From a bacterium (GTDB lineage: Bacteria > SZUA-182 > DTGQ01 > JBLIRR01), in assembly GCA_049472395.1 (NCBI GenBank), contig JBLIRR010000028.1, positions 6,897 through 70,896 of the forward strand: a DNA stretch of 64,000 bases, read 5' to 3'. The notes beneath the pieces were generated by a model, which worked only from the letters and a program-made list of their open reading frames with translations, did no database searches and had not been told where the DNA came from. Shown in pieces: positions 10,238-19,482 of this stretch. Positions within the stretch are counted from its first letter, which is position 1. The number at the start of each line of letters is the position of its first letter. The position numbers and the translations under genes were made by a program.

Positions 10238-11209
10238 TTAAAAATTATACCCTAGGCTGATAATACCTAAATAAGTAATTTTGTCGAAGAAATTAATATT
10301 TGATTCGTTTTTAATAAATATTCCTCCAAGGTTTATGAAATAGTCATTATAATCCATGGGATTCATCCAGGTAACTATTGCTAAAGTTTCAATGGTGACA
10401 TCGTTTCTTTTCTTGTTAAATTTAGGCTCGGGGTGAGTCTTTTGATGTTTATCATTAGATACTGAAATTGATAACATGCACACTATATTTTTCATTAATT
10501 TTATATAATCGATACCTCCCGAATAGCCTGAAAAGTTGTTACTTTTTCCGTCGAAATCAGTTATTGTATATTGCAAACCGGGAACAATAATATTATTTGC
10601 TCCTGACTTAAATGTATATCCCATGCTTAAAGAGTGAATAAAGCCATCCCTTTTTAGTTCGTTGTTATAAAGATCGCCAAGTATGTCATGATCAACATTT
10701 ACGGTTTCAAAAGAATAATCAATTTTAAGGTTTGATCCTGCAATACGATCCATAGAAATATCAAAAACATAAATATCAACATCTGTATATTCCCTCTCTT
10801 GATCAGTTATGAAAGGATTTTTCCAGGCTGATTCGTCGAATTTATATTTGGCTGAAACACCAATCACACTATTATTTTTGAAATCTTGAAAACAGCCGAG
10901 TTTTATGGCCTTTCCTGCATCTTCCTCCGGGTTGCCAAAATAAAAGCGCATTCCAGAAGGTAAAGAATAATTCAAATCCAGTAGAAAACCTGGATCAATA
11001 GTTTGAAAAAAGTTTGAATTCTTACTTAATGAACTTGCTTTTTTATTTTTCTCGTCAACATGTAATTGATCATTTGTTAAAATCCATATACATCCGGTCT
11101 GGATTTTCCCTGAAAAATATTGAAATTTATTTTTGTCTTCTTCTGCTAAAATTGATAATTCATGAAAAATCAGCAGTATAATGAATAAATATATGCTTAT
11201 TTTTTTCAT
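10238..11209 (-). CDS. putative outer-membrane beta-barrel protein
   Basis: 323 aa with a signal peptide (KKISIYLFIILLIFHELSILA). Alternating amphipathic segments rich in Y/G/N. C-terminal ...SLGYNF ends in an aromatic residue as in OMPs. Confidence 0.55.
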   Translation of the reverse strand: MKKISIYLFIILLIFHELSILAEEDKNKFQYFSGKIQTGCIWILTNDQLHVDEKNKKASSLSKNSNFFQTIDPGFLLDLNYSLPSGMRFYFGNPEEDAGKAIKLGCFQDFKNNSVIGVSAKYKFDESAWKNPFITDQEREYTDVDIYVFDISMDRIAGSNLKIDYSFETVNVDHDILGDLYNNELKRDGFIHSLSMGYTFKSGANNIIVPGLQYTITDFDGKSNNFSGYSGGIDYIKLMKNIVCMLSISVSNDKHQKTHPEPKFNKKRNDVTIETLAIVTWMNPMDYNDYFINLGGIFIKNESNINFFDKITYLGIISLGYNF

Positions 11210-11400
11210 AATTTTTCCTCTTAATTTTATTTTATCAATATATCAATAGCAGTAAGGGGAAAAGAGGCAGAAAAGCTATTGGATTTGCAAACAAAGCCGT
11301 CAATCCGGAAATAAGGCTCTTTCTGGTTTCAGTCCCTGGCAGACATAGCGGAAGCATAATTAATGAAAAAATAAAAAGGTTGATCTATATTCACTACTAA

Positions 11401-13071
11401 CTACCGGAGGAGGACTAACTCGACTCTTCGATTCTGTGCACGACCCTCCGGCGTGTCGTTAGAGGCAATCGGCTTTAAGGGCCCATAGCCTACAATTGAA
11501 AGTTGTGATGCACTAATCCCCTTCATTACTAAATATTCCATCACTGCTCTGGCCCTGTTTTTGGAAAGTTTCATATTGTATGATTCTTTTCCGATATTAT
11601 CTGTATGTCCCTGAATCGCTACTCTTAAGGCAGTATTACTTTTAAAAACAGCAACGATTTCATCCAAAAGAGGATATGACTGCGGTTTAATCTCCCATTT
11701 ATTTGTATCGAACTCAAGATTTTCAAGAACCCAGCACCCTTTCCTGTTAACCCTTGCATTTTGAGGTGTCTCAGGACATCCATCGAGGTAGTCATAGATG
11801 CCGTCACCATCACTATCCTTGGGGCAACCCGCGTCGTCTACAGGCACACTGCTTGCAGTTCCTGGACAATTGTCCTGATAATCCTGCACGCCATCATAAT
11901 CACTATCCTTGGGACAACCGGAATTGTCCACCATAATACCCGCTGAGGTTTCGGGGCATCTGTCCTGATAATCATAGACGCCGTCACCATCACTATCCTT
12001 GGGGCAACCGGCTTCGTCTGCAGACACACCGCTTGCAGTTCCCGGACAATTGTCCTGATAATCCGGAATAGTATCACCATCACTATCCTTGGGACAACCG
12101 GAATTGTCCACCATAATACCCGCTGAGGTTTCGGGGCATCTATCCTGATAGTCATAGACGCCATCACCATCGCTATCCTTGGGGCAACCGCTCTCATCTA
12201 CCGATACAGTGCCGGGGGTTTTTGGACATTTATCCCGATAATCCGGAATAGTATCACCATCATTATCCCTGGGACAACCAGCCTCTTCTACCAAAACACC
12301 TTTTGGGGTGTCTGTACATTTGTCCTTATAATCTGGAACACCATCGCTGTCGCTATCCACAGGGCATCCGAAGCTATTCACCGGTATGCCCGCTGGTGTG
12401 CCAGGGCACTTATCCACATTGTCATAGACACCATCGCCATCCCTATCTTCAGGAAGGGGAGGTGGAATCACTTTCTTCTTTTCACCTCCAAAGCAATAAC
12501 TAAGCCCCACGGTACAGGAAAGATTATTTTTTTTCTTATCAACATTAAAGGAGATCAAGTGTCGTATATCTCCCCGCAAGGCTAGAGACTTATTAAAAAA
12601 ATATTTTAAACCTGTTCCATAATTGACTAGGAAATCCATATTACTCGTCCATTTTTTGTTATCCCGCGGGAAATTGCCGATACCAGCGGCAAGGTAAGGG
12701 ATTAATTTCTGAGAAGGCATGAAATGATAAAGGCCATCAAGGTGATGGAGATAGGCATCCATGTTGTGTCCATCTATTTCTGATTCTGTGTCAATATAGC
12801 TAAAGATAGCCTCGCCACACCAATTCTTATCGAAGTTATAGCCCAATCCCAATCCGTAGGTTAGACCATTCTTGTAATTCTGATTGCCTTCAAAAATATA
12901 GCCACCGATAAAAGGGGTTAGCGTAAATGAGCCAGATTTCGTTTCAGCCCTACTAAGAGTGAAATTAAACGGAATAGAAGATAGTAGACAAATTAGGATT
13001 ATGACACTGAAATAGGCGCATTTTTTCTTTAATATAACTTTTGACATCTCTGAAATTTTTTTATTCATCAT
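11401..13071 (-). CDS. OmpA-family outer-membrane protein with thrombospondin type-3 (TSP3) repeats
   Basis: 556 aa with a signal peptide and an N-terminal beta-barrel-like region. About nine D.D.DG..D..D.CP Ca-binding repeats. C-terminal OmpA/MotB domain (GHTDNIG...NRRVELV). Confidence 0.9.
   Translation of the reverse strand: MMNKKISEMSKVILKKKCAYFSVIILICLLSSIPFNFTLSRAETKSGSFTLTPFIGGYIFEGNQNYKNGLTYGLGLGYNFDKNWCGEAIFSYIDTESEIDGHNMDAYLHHLDGLYHFMPSQKLIPYLAAGIGNFPRDNKKWTSNMDFLVNYGTGLKYFFNKSLALRGDIRHLISFNVDKKKNNLSCTVGLSYCFGGEKKKVIPPPLPEDRDGDGVYDNVDKCPGTPAGIPVNSFGCPVDSDSDGVPDYKDKCTDTPKGVLVEEAGCPRDNDGDTIPDYRDKCPKTPGTVSVDESGCPKDSDGDGVYDYQDRCPETSAGIMVDNSGCPKDSDGDTIPDYQDNCPGTASGVSADEAGCPKDSDGDGVYDYQDRCPETSAGIMVDNSGCPKDSDYDGVQDYQDNCPGTASSVPVDDAGCPKDSDGDGIYDYLDGCPETPQNARVNRKGCWVLENLEFDTNKWEIKPQSYPLLDEIVAVFKSNTALRVAIQGHTDNIGKESYNMKLSKNRARAVMEYLVMKGISASQLSIVGYGPLKPIASNDTPEGRAQNRRVELVLLR
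11881..12240. repeat. 2 x 180-bp near-identical tandem duplication inside the TSP3 region
   Basis: 11881-12060 and 12061-12240 align base for base over most of their length. Each encodes DSDGDGVYDYQDRCPETSAGIMVDNSGCPKDSD.D...DYQDNCPGTAS. Confidence 0.9.
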
Positions 13072-13302
13072 GACAATAAGCTCTTCTCCTGTTTATTCTA
13101 CCTTACGGAAATACTCAAGCATTTTTGCCTTTAATTGTCCTTTAGATACCGTTATCAAGATGTTCCTCCCTATAATAGGGTAGGTAACCTTAGGCATGAT
13201 TAAGATAACATATTATTTTTATTAATTCAACCAATACTCCTTTGATAAAAATGATCTTATCATTGATTTCTGATACAGTGCCAACTCGAAAAGCTGATAT
13301 AA

Positions 13303-13863
13303 TTAATACAATTTTAACTGCAATGAGTGGTGAAAATTTAAAAATCTTGTACAATGCCTTTTTTGATCATCTTTAACTCTATGTTCCTGAATAAATAATG
13401 TTTGAAGCTGATATACAACAGAGGGAAAATATTTTGATCCTAAAATTCCCCACAGATGATTTTGTGTTTCAAAATCTAAGGAATATAAATTTACTATTAA
13501 TTTTTTAATGGAACTATCTATAGCAGGGGTATTCTCACTGGTAAAAACATTTTTGCTTTGAAAAAATCCGATAACATCGGATAAGAAACCTAATCCTTCT
13601 TTAAAATTATTTTCAGGAAAATTAACCGCAAAAAGAATGCATAATGTGAGCCGCAATTCCGGATTAACATGACTTATTTGATTATTCTGTCGCGCAATAT
13701 GATTAGGTTGTGATTTTAGTATCTTCTCTTCATGTATGTTTATTAAAGATAAGCATAATTTAATCGTTGAATCTTGATTGTGGGCGGGTAAGTTCACTGG
13801 ACCGAAAATCCTCGGTGAGGCATAGGCTATAACCCAAAATATATTTTTTATATAACGATTCAT
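13303..13863 (-). CDS. DUF4255 (Pvc16/Afp16 N-terminal-like) protein, orphan
   Basis: 186 aa. LCLSLINIHEEKILKSQP, LRLTLCILFAVNF, LGFLSDVIGFFQ and HLWGILGSKYFPSVVYQLQTLFI follow the DUF4255 block order as I recall it. No other tail-like genes are adjacent. Confidence 0.5.
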   Translation of the reverse strand: MNRYIKNIFWVIAYASPRIFGPVNLPAHNQDSTIKLCLSLINIHEEKILKSQPNHIARQNNQISHVNPELRLTLCILFAVNFPENNFKEGLGFLSDVIGFFQSKNVFTSENTPAIDSSIKKLIVNLYSLDFETQNHLWGILGSKYFPSVVYQLQTLFIQEHRVKDDQKRHCTRFLNFHHSLQLKLY

Positions 13864-14156
13864 TTTTTTACTTGACCTTTTAATATTAAATTGATATTTT
13901 TATATTGATTTTCATATTTGTTATTTTGATAAAATAATATAGGAATTATCCATAACAGGCTCTTTACAGCTCTTCAATATTTGTACATTCAGTTTCTTTA
14001 TATAATAGGGATTTTGGATTAATTTGAATGTCCAATTTTAAAGTCAATAAAATTAATGTGTTATGACAATATATTTGAAAGTGAGTAGAGAGTTTGCATA
14101 ATTAATGTATTTTTATTAAATCCTATTAACAAAACTTAAAATGGAGGTAACTTATT

Positions 14157-16016
14157 ATGAAACTTTTACCACTTGATCAACTGGGCCCACATGAATTAGC
14201 CAATAATAAAATACGTTTTGGTTTTTTACTTCCATGGGTGTCAGCTGAGAATGGAAATAAGTTATCGGTGAAAATTATTCATGAAACCGACCAATTTCTT
14301 CAAACGATTCCATGTAAACAATTTCCTCTTACACACTCAGTACTCCCAATATACGGAGATTTTTGGAGTGGAGAAATTTCAATTAAACCGCAAGACCGGC
14401 CTACTGCTAAATCTGCTTGGGGAACACCTGGACGTTATATATACAGATTTGAACTGGAAAGTCCATTGTTAGATTACCCACTCGATTGGATTATTGATCC
14501 TTATGCACGTGAATATGGAATTGGAAGACAGTCAGCCTTTACACTTGGTTATCAAGATGATCCTTGGGGCACAATTGAAAATACATGGAAAACACCCATG
14601 CTTAAAGATATTATTGCATATGAAATCATGTTACATGAATTTATGTTTGATTTACAACGCGCTCAGGAAAAACTTCCTTATTTGCATGATTTAGGTATTA
14701 ACTGTCTGGAAATAATGCCGGTAGCCAATGTAGATCGCTCGATTGATTGGGGTTTTGAACCGGTTGGTCCGTTTGGTCTCGATGAACGGTTTGGAAAGCG
14801 CAAGGATCTTCAGAAATTTATTCAGGCTGCGCATGAACATGATATTGCAATAGTATTGGATATGATTTATGGCCATACCGGACGGAATTTTGCCTACGAG
14901 CAAATTTATAGTAAACTTCAATACCATGAGAATCCTTTCATGGGACCATATGCCAAAGATATGTTTGGCCCCAGTACCGATTATTATCGTGAATTTACAC
15001 GTGATTTCTATTTCACAGCCAATTATTACTGGTTGGATCGCTATCATATTGATGGTATTCGTTATGACTGTGTTCCAAATTATTATATAAATTGTGAAGA
15101 TGAGGGTTACTCAAATTTGGTCTATAATACGTATAAAAAAGTGAAAGCGACGAACGGAGCAGGACATTGGCAACGTTTTTTTTCAAATGGGGATATAAAT
15201 CTAATCCAATGTGCTGAGCAGTTAGAAAAGCCTATTGAGATTGTCGAAAAAACCTATAGTAATTGCACATGGCAAAATGGAACCCTTAGCGCTGCAAATG
15301 ATGTAGCGGCCGGTCAGTTTGGACGACTTTATAATTTTGGTATGCAATTGGGACTTGATGGTTATCCTGAAATAGAAAACCATGGAGATGATACCATCAA
15401 AAAAAGTGCGTTCCAATATACGGGAAATCATGATCATGCTCAGTTTATCTGTCGTTTTGGTACCAATTCACTTTATAAAGATGTTTTAAAGGAAGGAAAA
15501 CGGGAAAATTGGTATAAAGTCCAACCATTCATCATTGGACAATTATTAGCCAAAGGAATACCGATGCTTTGGCAAGGACAGGAAATTGTGGAAAACTATG
15601 ATGTACTGGATAGTGGACCAGCTCGTATTGGCACGCTAAGACCGGTTCGATGGGAACGGTTCTATGATCACGTGGGTTCATCTATGATTCGTCTCTTCCG
15701 TAAATTAATTGCATTACGAAAACAAGAACCGGTTTTTCGACGTGGAGATCATTATTTTATTAATAATTGGGATTATCATCAGTGGCGTGGATTGCTGTTA
15801 TTTAAACGCTATAATGAGGATGCCTTAGCATTAGTAGCACTCAATTTTTCGGAATACGATCATGCAGTAGACTTTACATTCGATCGTGATGGAGATTACC
15901 ATGAGCAACTGCATGGAAAAGATGCTCCTAACTTAAACTTATTAGGTATACATGCAGGAAACACAAAAACATTAAATATCCCATCACACTATGGACGTGT
16001 ATGGTTAACACATTAA
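14157..16016 (+). CDS. GH13 alpha-amylase-family glycoside hydrolase with N-terminal E-set/CBM48-like domain
   Basis: 619 aa. GH13 conserved regions DMIYGHT, GIRYDCVPN and TGNHDH. Good SD (GGAGG) upstream. Confidence 0.85.
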   Translation: MKLLPLDQLGPHELANNKIRFGFLLPWVSAENGNKLSVKIIHETDQFLQTIPCKQFPLTHSVLPIYGDFWSGEISIKPQDRPTAKSAWGTPGRYIYRFELESPLLDYPLDWIIDPYAREYGIGRQSAFTLGYQDDPWGTIENTWKTPMLKDIIAYEIMLHEFMFDLQRAQEKLPYLHDLGINCLEIMPVANVDRSIDWGFEPVGPFGLDERFGKRKDLQKFIQAAHEHDIAIVLDMIYGHTGRNFAYEQIYSKLQYHENPFMGPYAKDMFGPSTDYYREFTRDFYFTANYYWLDRYHIDGIRYDCVPNYYINCEDEGYSNLVYNTYKKVKATNGAGHWQRFFSNGDINLIQCAEQLEKPIEIVEKTYSNCTWQNGTLSAANDVAAGQFGRLYNFGMQLGLDGYPEIENHGDDTIKKSAFQYTGNHDHAQFICRFGTNSLYKDVLKEGKRENWYKVQPFIIGQLLAKGIPMLWQGQEIVENYDVLDSGPARIGTLRPVRWERFYDHVGSSMIRLFRKLIALRKQEPVFRRGDHYFINNWDYHQWRGLLLFKRYNEDALALVALNFSEYDHAVDFTFDRDGDYHEQLHGKDAPNLNLLGIHAGNTKTLNIPSHYGRVWLTH

Positions 16017-16041
16017 CTATATAGAGGGAAATACCATACCA

Positions 16042-16100
16042 AGAAATCGCATTTCTGAGCCTGAAAGGACTATACATAAAGAATTGAGAATAGTACAGTT
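16042..16100 (-). repeat. inverted copy of the 7768-7826 dispersed repeat
   Basis: The reverse complement is AACTGTACTATTCTCAATTCTTTATGTATAGTCCTTTCAGGCTCAGAAATGCGATTTCT. Confidence 0.85.
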
Positions 16101-16359
16101 ATTATAAAAACAGTTTATTGCTATTTTATAGTGTCCCTGCTTTATGAGCAAGGTGCGGCTGCCCTCAGCATCGAGACGTACGTCCGGTGCGGGTGGCATT
16201 GGATGCGGGTGATTATAGGGATTGGAGTAAGTATGGACATAGCCTGGAATAAAATGTCTTTTTACGCGTGCCATTATTGATTATAGCTATTAGCTTAAAA
16301 GTGTCATTTTAGGCTCAAAATGGGTTGTTTAAGGCCAAAATCAGCCCTAAAAATAGGCC

Positions 16360-16806
16360 TTATTCCCTTAATTTTAATAATTTACCGTGGTCCGACCCCA
16401 AGTACGCAAGTACGGCAAGTACGTGCACAAGTACGTGGCAAGTACCACCAGTACCACAAGTACCACTATTTTTCATCCGACATAGATTAAAAAGCTTGAA
16501 ATTATGGGGATATATGTCTGCTCCTTGTTTTACAGGTTGAAGCTTTACACAAGGAAACTCCTCACATTCGAAACAGAATTCCAATCCCTTATCCTCAATG
16601 CATTTAAGTGTCTCACAGGGTTGCCCCAGATGTTTGCATCCATTCTCTGGCCGACATCCCTTACAGGCGACTTCTTCTGGATCTTTTTGGATTTTTAATG
16701 CAAATTGCTTTTTCATTTCCTCTGTAATGTTTTCTTCATAAATTTCGCAATTGAAACAATCCAAGCCGCAAGGAGCGGATAATCTCCTTTTTGCTGTAGA
16801 ATTCAT
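16360..16806 (-). CDS. DUF3795-type Cys-rich (metal-binding) protein with aberrant C-terminus
   Basis: 148 aa. APCGLDCFNCEIY...CKGCR...C...CIE...C.EC..FPC parallels the paralog at 17817..18296. The last ~40 aa are encoded by a CAAGTAC repeat array instead of the paralog's tail. Confidence 0.7.
   Translation of the reverse strand: MNSTAKRRLSAPCGLDCFNCEIYEENITEEMKKQFALKIQKDPEEVACKGCRPENGCKHLGQPCETLKCIEDKGLEFCFECEEFPCVKLQPVKQGADIYPHNFKLFNLCRMKNSGTCGTGGTCHVLVHVLAVLAYLGSDHGKLLKLRE
16399..16463. repeat. array of seven CAAGTAC heptamers (one is CAGTAC) spaced 8-12 bp apart
   Basis: Copies start at 16399, 16407, 16416, 16428, 16439, 16449 and 16457. Confidence 0.9.
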
Positions 16807-16930
16807 TTTTTCCTCCTTTTCTTTGAGGTTTTTGAAAATTTTTTAAAATACAGTAACTTACCCAGGATAATCCCAGGTAAGTTATCTGCGACATCTATTA
16901 TTGACCGCATTCGCCTCTGAAAAAGGACTG

Positions 16931-17503
16931 CTATTCTTCGTAGAGAGGAGTAACAGGATCAGCATACGAAGTATTAAGATCAAATTGATTAATCTTCTCT
17001 CCATTTACCCAGATTGTATATGCACCATATTTATAACTTCCCAATGATATTGTCTCTTCAAATGGCTCTTCGACATCAATGCAAGGTATATCGGGCTCTA
17101 CAAGAGAGTATAGATCGACCATAATGCGATTTTGATTGTCTGGTTTAGATACTTTGGCCCGCAACTGGTGGCATGGAGTTGAAAGGCTGCCCTTCAATAG
17201 CAATCTTACCTGTACCGGAAAGCTTTCTAGAAGAAGAAGATCGGTCTCTCTCACATAGACCGAATGTCGTAGCAAATTGCTGTCCCCAGGTTTTGGCCCG
17301 AGGGGACCCTGGATATACAACTGTGAATCATCTGAAGGGGGATATGTTCTCTTATCCTCCCATATGATTACCTCATCCCTTTTTTCAGAATAAAAATCCG
17401 GACACTTCCCATCACCCCAGCCTGAAAAACCTCCATCAGCGTGTGGCAAATGATTTGCGAGAAGTATTGACCTTGTATAACTATTGTCCATATCCTTATC
17501 CAA
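16931..17503 (-). CDS. hypothetical protein
   Basis: 190-aa ORF with no recognisable motif or signal peptide. Protein-like composition. Confidence 0.45.
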   Translation of the reverse strand: MDKDMDNSYTRSILLANHLPHADGGFSGWGDGKCPDFYSEKRDEVIIWEDKRTYPPSDDSQLYIQGPLGPKPGDSNLLRHSVYVRETDLLLLESFPVQVRLLLKGSLSTPCHQLRAKVSKPDNQNRIMVDLYSLVEPDIPCIDVEEPFEETISLGSYKYGAYTIWVNGEKINQFDLNTSYADPVTPLYEE

Positions 17504-17816
17504 CTCCCAATCACCATTTAAATAACGCTAGAATTTCAAAAATTCGGGTGCGCCCTTTTTATAGTCCTGGTGCATTGGATTTGACATGAGTACTTTCCAT
17601 AGCTTTTCTGTTATTGCTGGATCAGTTTCTTTATTATTCTCTTTTATTTTCGTTAATGCTTCTTGAAAACAATGACTTGGGGTAATAATTTTTGAATAAC
17701 AACTTATTGTATTTTTATGGTATTTACTACCCTAACGCGGCCTTCAGCCTTGAGCGAAGCGAGTCTCGGGCTGAAAGGGGAGGTTATGCTATTTTGAGAC
17801 CTTGCTCCCAAGTGTG

Positions 17817-18296
17817 TTATAAGGTCCAAGTTCCATAATAATATTTGTCAAGGATATCGCCTGCCTCCTCTTTTGCCCATCTTTCAATACCTATGTTTTT
17901 TATCCGGCAGAGATTAAAGACTTTCGTATTATGCGGTTTCATGGCTTGGTCACTGTATGGATGGAGATATTCGCATGGGAAATCCTTGCATTCAGCACAT
18001 GTTTTCATATCAGTTCTTTCAATACATTTGTAAACCCTGCATTCCATGGCAAGATGGGCACATTTACCACCCTCAGCCCTGCATCCTCTACATTTAATTT
18101 CATCTGTGGAAAGATTAAGAACGCCCGCGATCATTTCGGCCATTTTCTGGTCAAACTGTGCCAAATAAAGATAACACTCAAAGCAAGGCAATCCACAGGG
18201 AGCGGTCATATATTCATAATTTACTGTTTCATTTTGGCGTTTTCTCTTTATTTCTCTTCCCATTTCCCTGATTTTCAGTAACATTTCCTTACTCAT
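17817..18296 (-). CDS. DUF3795-type Cys-rich protein
   Basis: 159 aa. APCGLPCFECYLY, CRGCR, CAHLAMECRVYKC, CAECKDFPC. Paralog of 16360..16806. Confidence 0.75.
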   Translation of the reverse strand: MSKEMLLKIREMGREIKRKRQNETVNYEYMTAPCGLPCFECYLYLAQFDQKMAEMIAGVLNLSTDEIKCRGCRAEGGKCAHLAMECRVYKCIERTDMKTCAECKDFPCEYLHPYSDQAMKPHNTKVFNLCRIKNIGIERWAKEEAGDILDKYYYGTWTL

Positions 18297-18547
18297 GATA
18301 ATAGCTCCTTTAAAATAAAAGATAGTTTCACTTTTCCTTGCTCTATAATAATGTTCTTAGGTTAACATTATTATAATAAAATAAAAATTATAATAAAATA
18401 AAAACTCCCTCAAATTTCCTTTCTTACTAATCTAATTATTTATTTGTTCTACTCGAAGTTGTTGATTCTGAATCCTACCACAGAATGTGTGTGACAGACA
18501 AAATCAATGGACGTTTAAATTTTTTTCTTGAACAGAAAATACAGAAT

Positions 18548-18772
18548 TCATTTTTTGAACTTATTATTTCTTAGAGCAGCTTCGAGAACTTTTTTAAACT
18601 TTTCTGGATTTTTTACATCCGATTCTTGAACTTCGATTTTTTCAATTTGATCAAAAGGGATGGTTATAAGACCAACGTGAGTAACAAACTCTAAATGATC
18701 CTCATATATTCTATATTCCTGCCATAAACTTTTAAATGTAGACTCTGAAATATAAATTGCTTTCTCTTTCAT
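18548..18772 (-). CDS. small hypothetical protein
   Basis: 74-aa ORF with protein-like composition. No motif recognised. Confidence 0.35.
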   Translation of the reverse strand: MKEKAIYISESTFKSLWQEYRIYEDHLEFVTHVGLITIPFDQIEKIEVQESDVKNPEKFKKVLEAALRNNKFKK

Positions 18773-19163
18773 GATTGAGCTCCCTTATGAAGATTTATTA
18801 GCCCTAATGTCAGCGTTCTCGCGCACGGTTTGCCGCGTCGCAGAGCAACGCTCTGTTGTGCTCCGGTCGCGGGTTTACAGGCACTATATGCAGATCGCGC
18901 TTGATGTTGTTAGGAACCTTACTTCGTTAGTGTCTGATGGAGCAAACGGCATCCCCACATAGATTCGACACTTGTAGAACTCTGACTCCATTCATTGTTT
19001 GTCGTAACCCATATTTGTCAGAATTGAAATCCACCAGTTATATGAGTATGAATACCTATGTATTTCCATGTTTCTATGATTTTTTTAATAATTGTATTCA
19101 CGCCTATTCCAAAATGTTGGAAAAATTCAGATTATATTCAATGCTTCAGAGATAGATTATCTA

Positions 19164-19460
19164 TTATAAATTTCTATCTATTGATTTACTAATTTCAGAT
19201 ATCACATCCCCCAGTTGAGCACGAATTCTGCCGGCGGACACCGCCATCACTATAGAGAGGATCATTCCAATTTCATCCCTTGTAATGGTAATCTTTTTTG
19301 CCTTGGCAACGCCGAGGAAGTGGCGTATTCAAAACTCACAACCAAAAGCCATTGCAGCAGCCATTTGAATTAATAATGTTGTCTTTTGATCGAAACATTT
19401 ATTGTGCCCTATTGATTTGGTAAATTCTGTAAAAAGTTTATCCTGTTTTTCTGGTAGCAT
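19164..19460 (-). CDS. AhpD/carboxymuconolactone-decarboxylase (CMD)-family protein; candidate selenoprotein (in-frame UGA)
   Basis: ATG at 19460 with AAGGAG 7 nt upstream. The frame reads ...AAMAFGCEF-TGA(19329-19331)-IRHFLGVAKAKKITITRDEIGMILSIVMAVSAG...RNL-TAA(19164-19166). The TGA sits where the second Cys of the CMD CxxC..H redox motif is expected. The ORF track reports only the 5' part (19329..19538). Confidence 0.6.
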
Positions 19461-19482
19461 AACATATCTCCTTTTCTTTTTA

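Noticed and set aside
11881-12240. Diversity-generating retroelement template/variable repeat pair
   Set aside because: The window has no reverse transcriptase. Differences between the two 180-bp copies are not restricted to adenine positions. Both copies are in-frame parts of one gene.
11754-12503. Tracked ORFs overlapping or antisense to the OmpA TSP3 region (11754..11936, 11761..11946, 11838..12197, 12303..12503)
   Set aside because: They are alternative-frame or antisense readings of the repetitive, relatively GC-rich TSP3 coding sequence. Their products are low-complexity and lack starts with an RBS.
13072-14156. Contractile injection system / phage-tail cluster around the DUF4255 gene
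   Set aside because: No sheath, tube, baseplate or AAA+ genes lie nearby. The flanks are non-coding AT-rich DNA and unrelated housekeeping-type genes.
16017-16274. 85-aa ORF starting MARVKRHFIPGYVH (RAYT-like first 14 residues)
   Set aside because: Only the first ~14 residues resemble a REP-associated transposase. The rest is not protein-like and runs into the dispersed repeat. At best it is a tiny remnant, and it is mentioned under the REP finding.
18771-19155. Tracked ORFs 18771..18962 and 18937..19155
   Set aside because: They have no RBS or motifs. The first is translated from the GC-rich non-coding segment and the second from AT-rich intergenic DNA.
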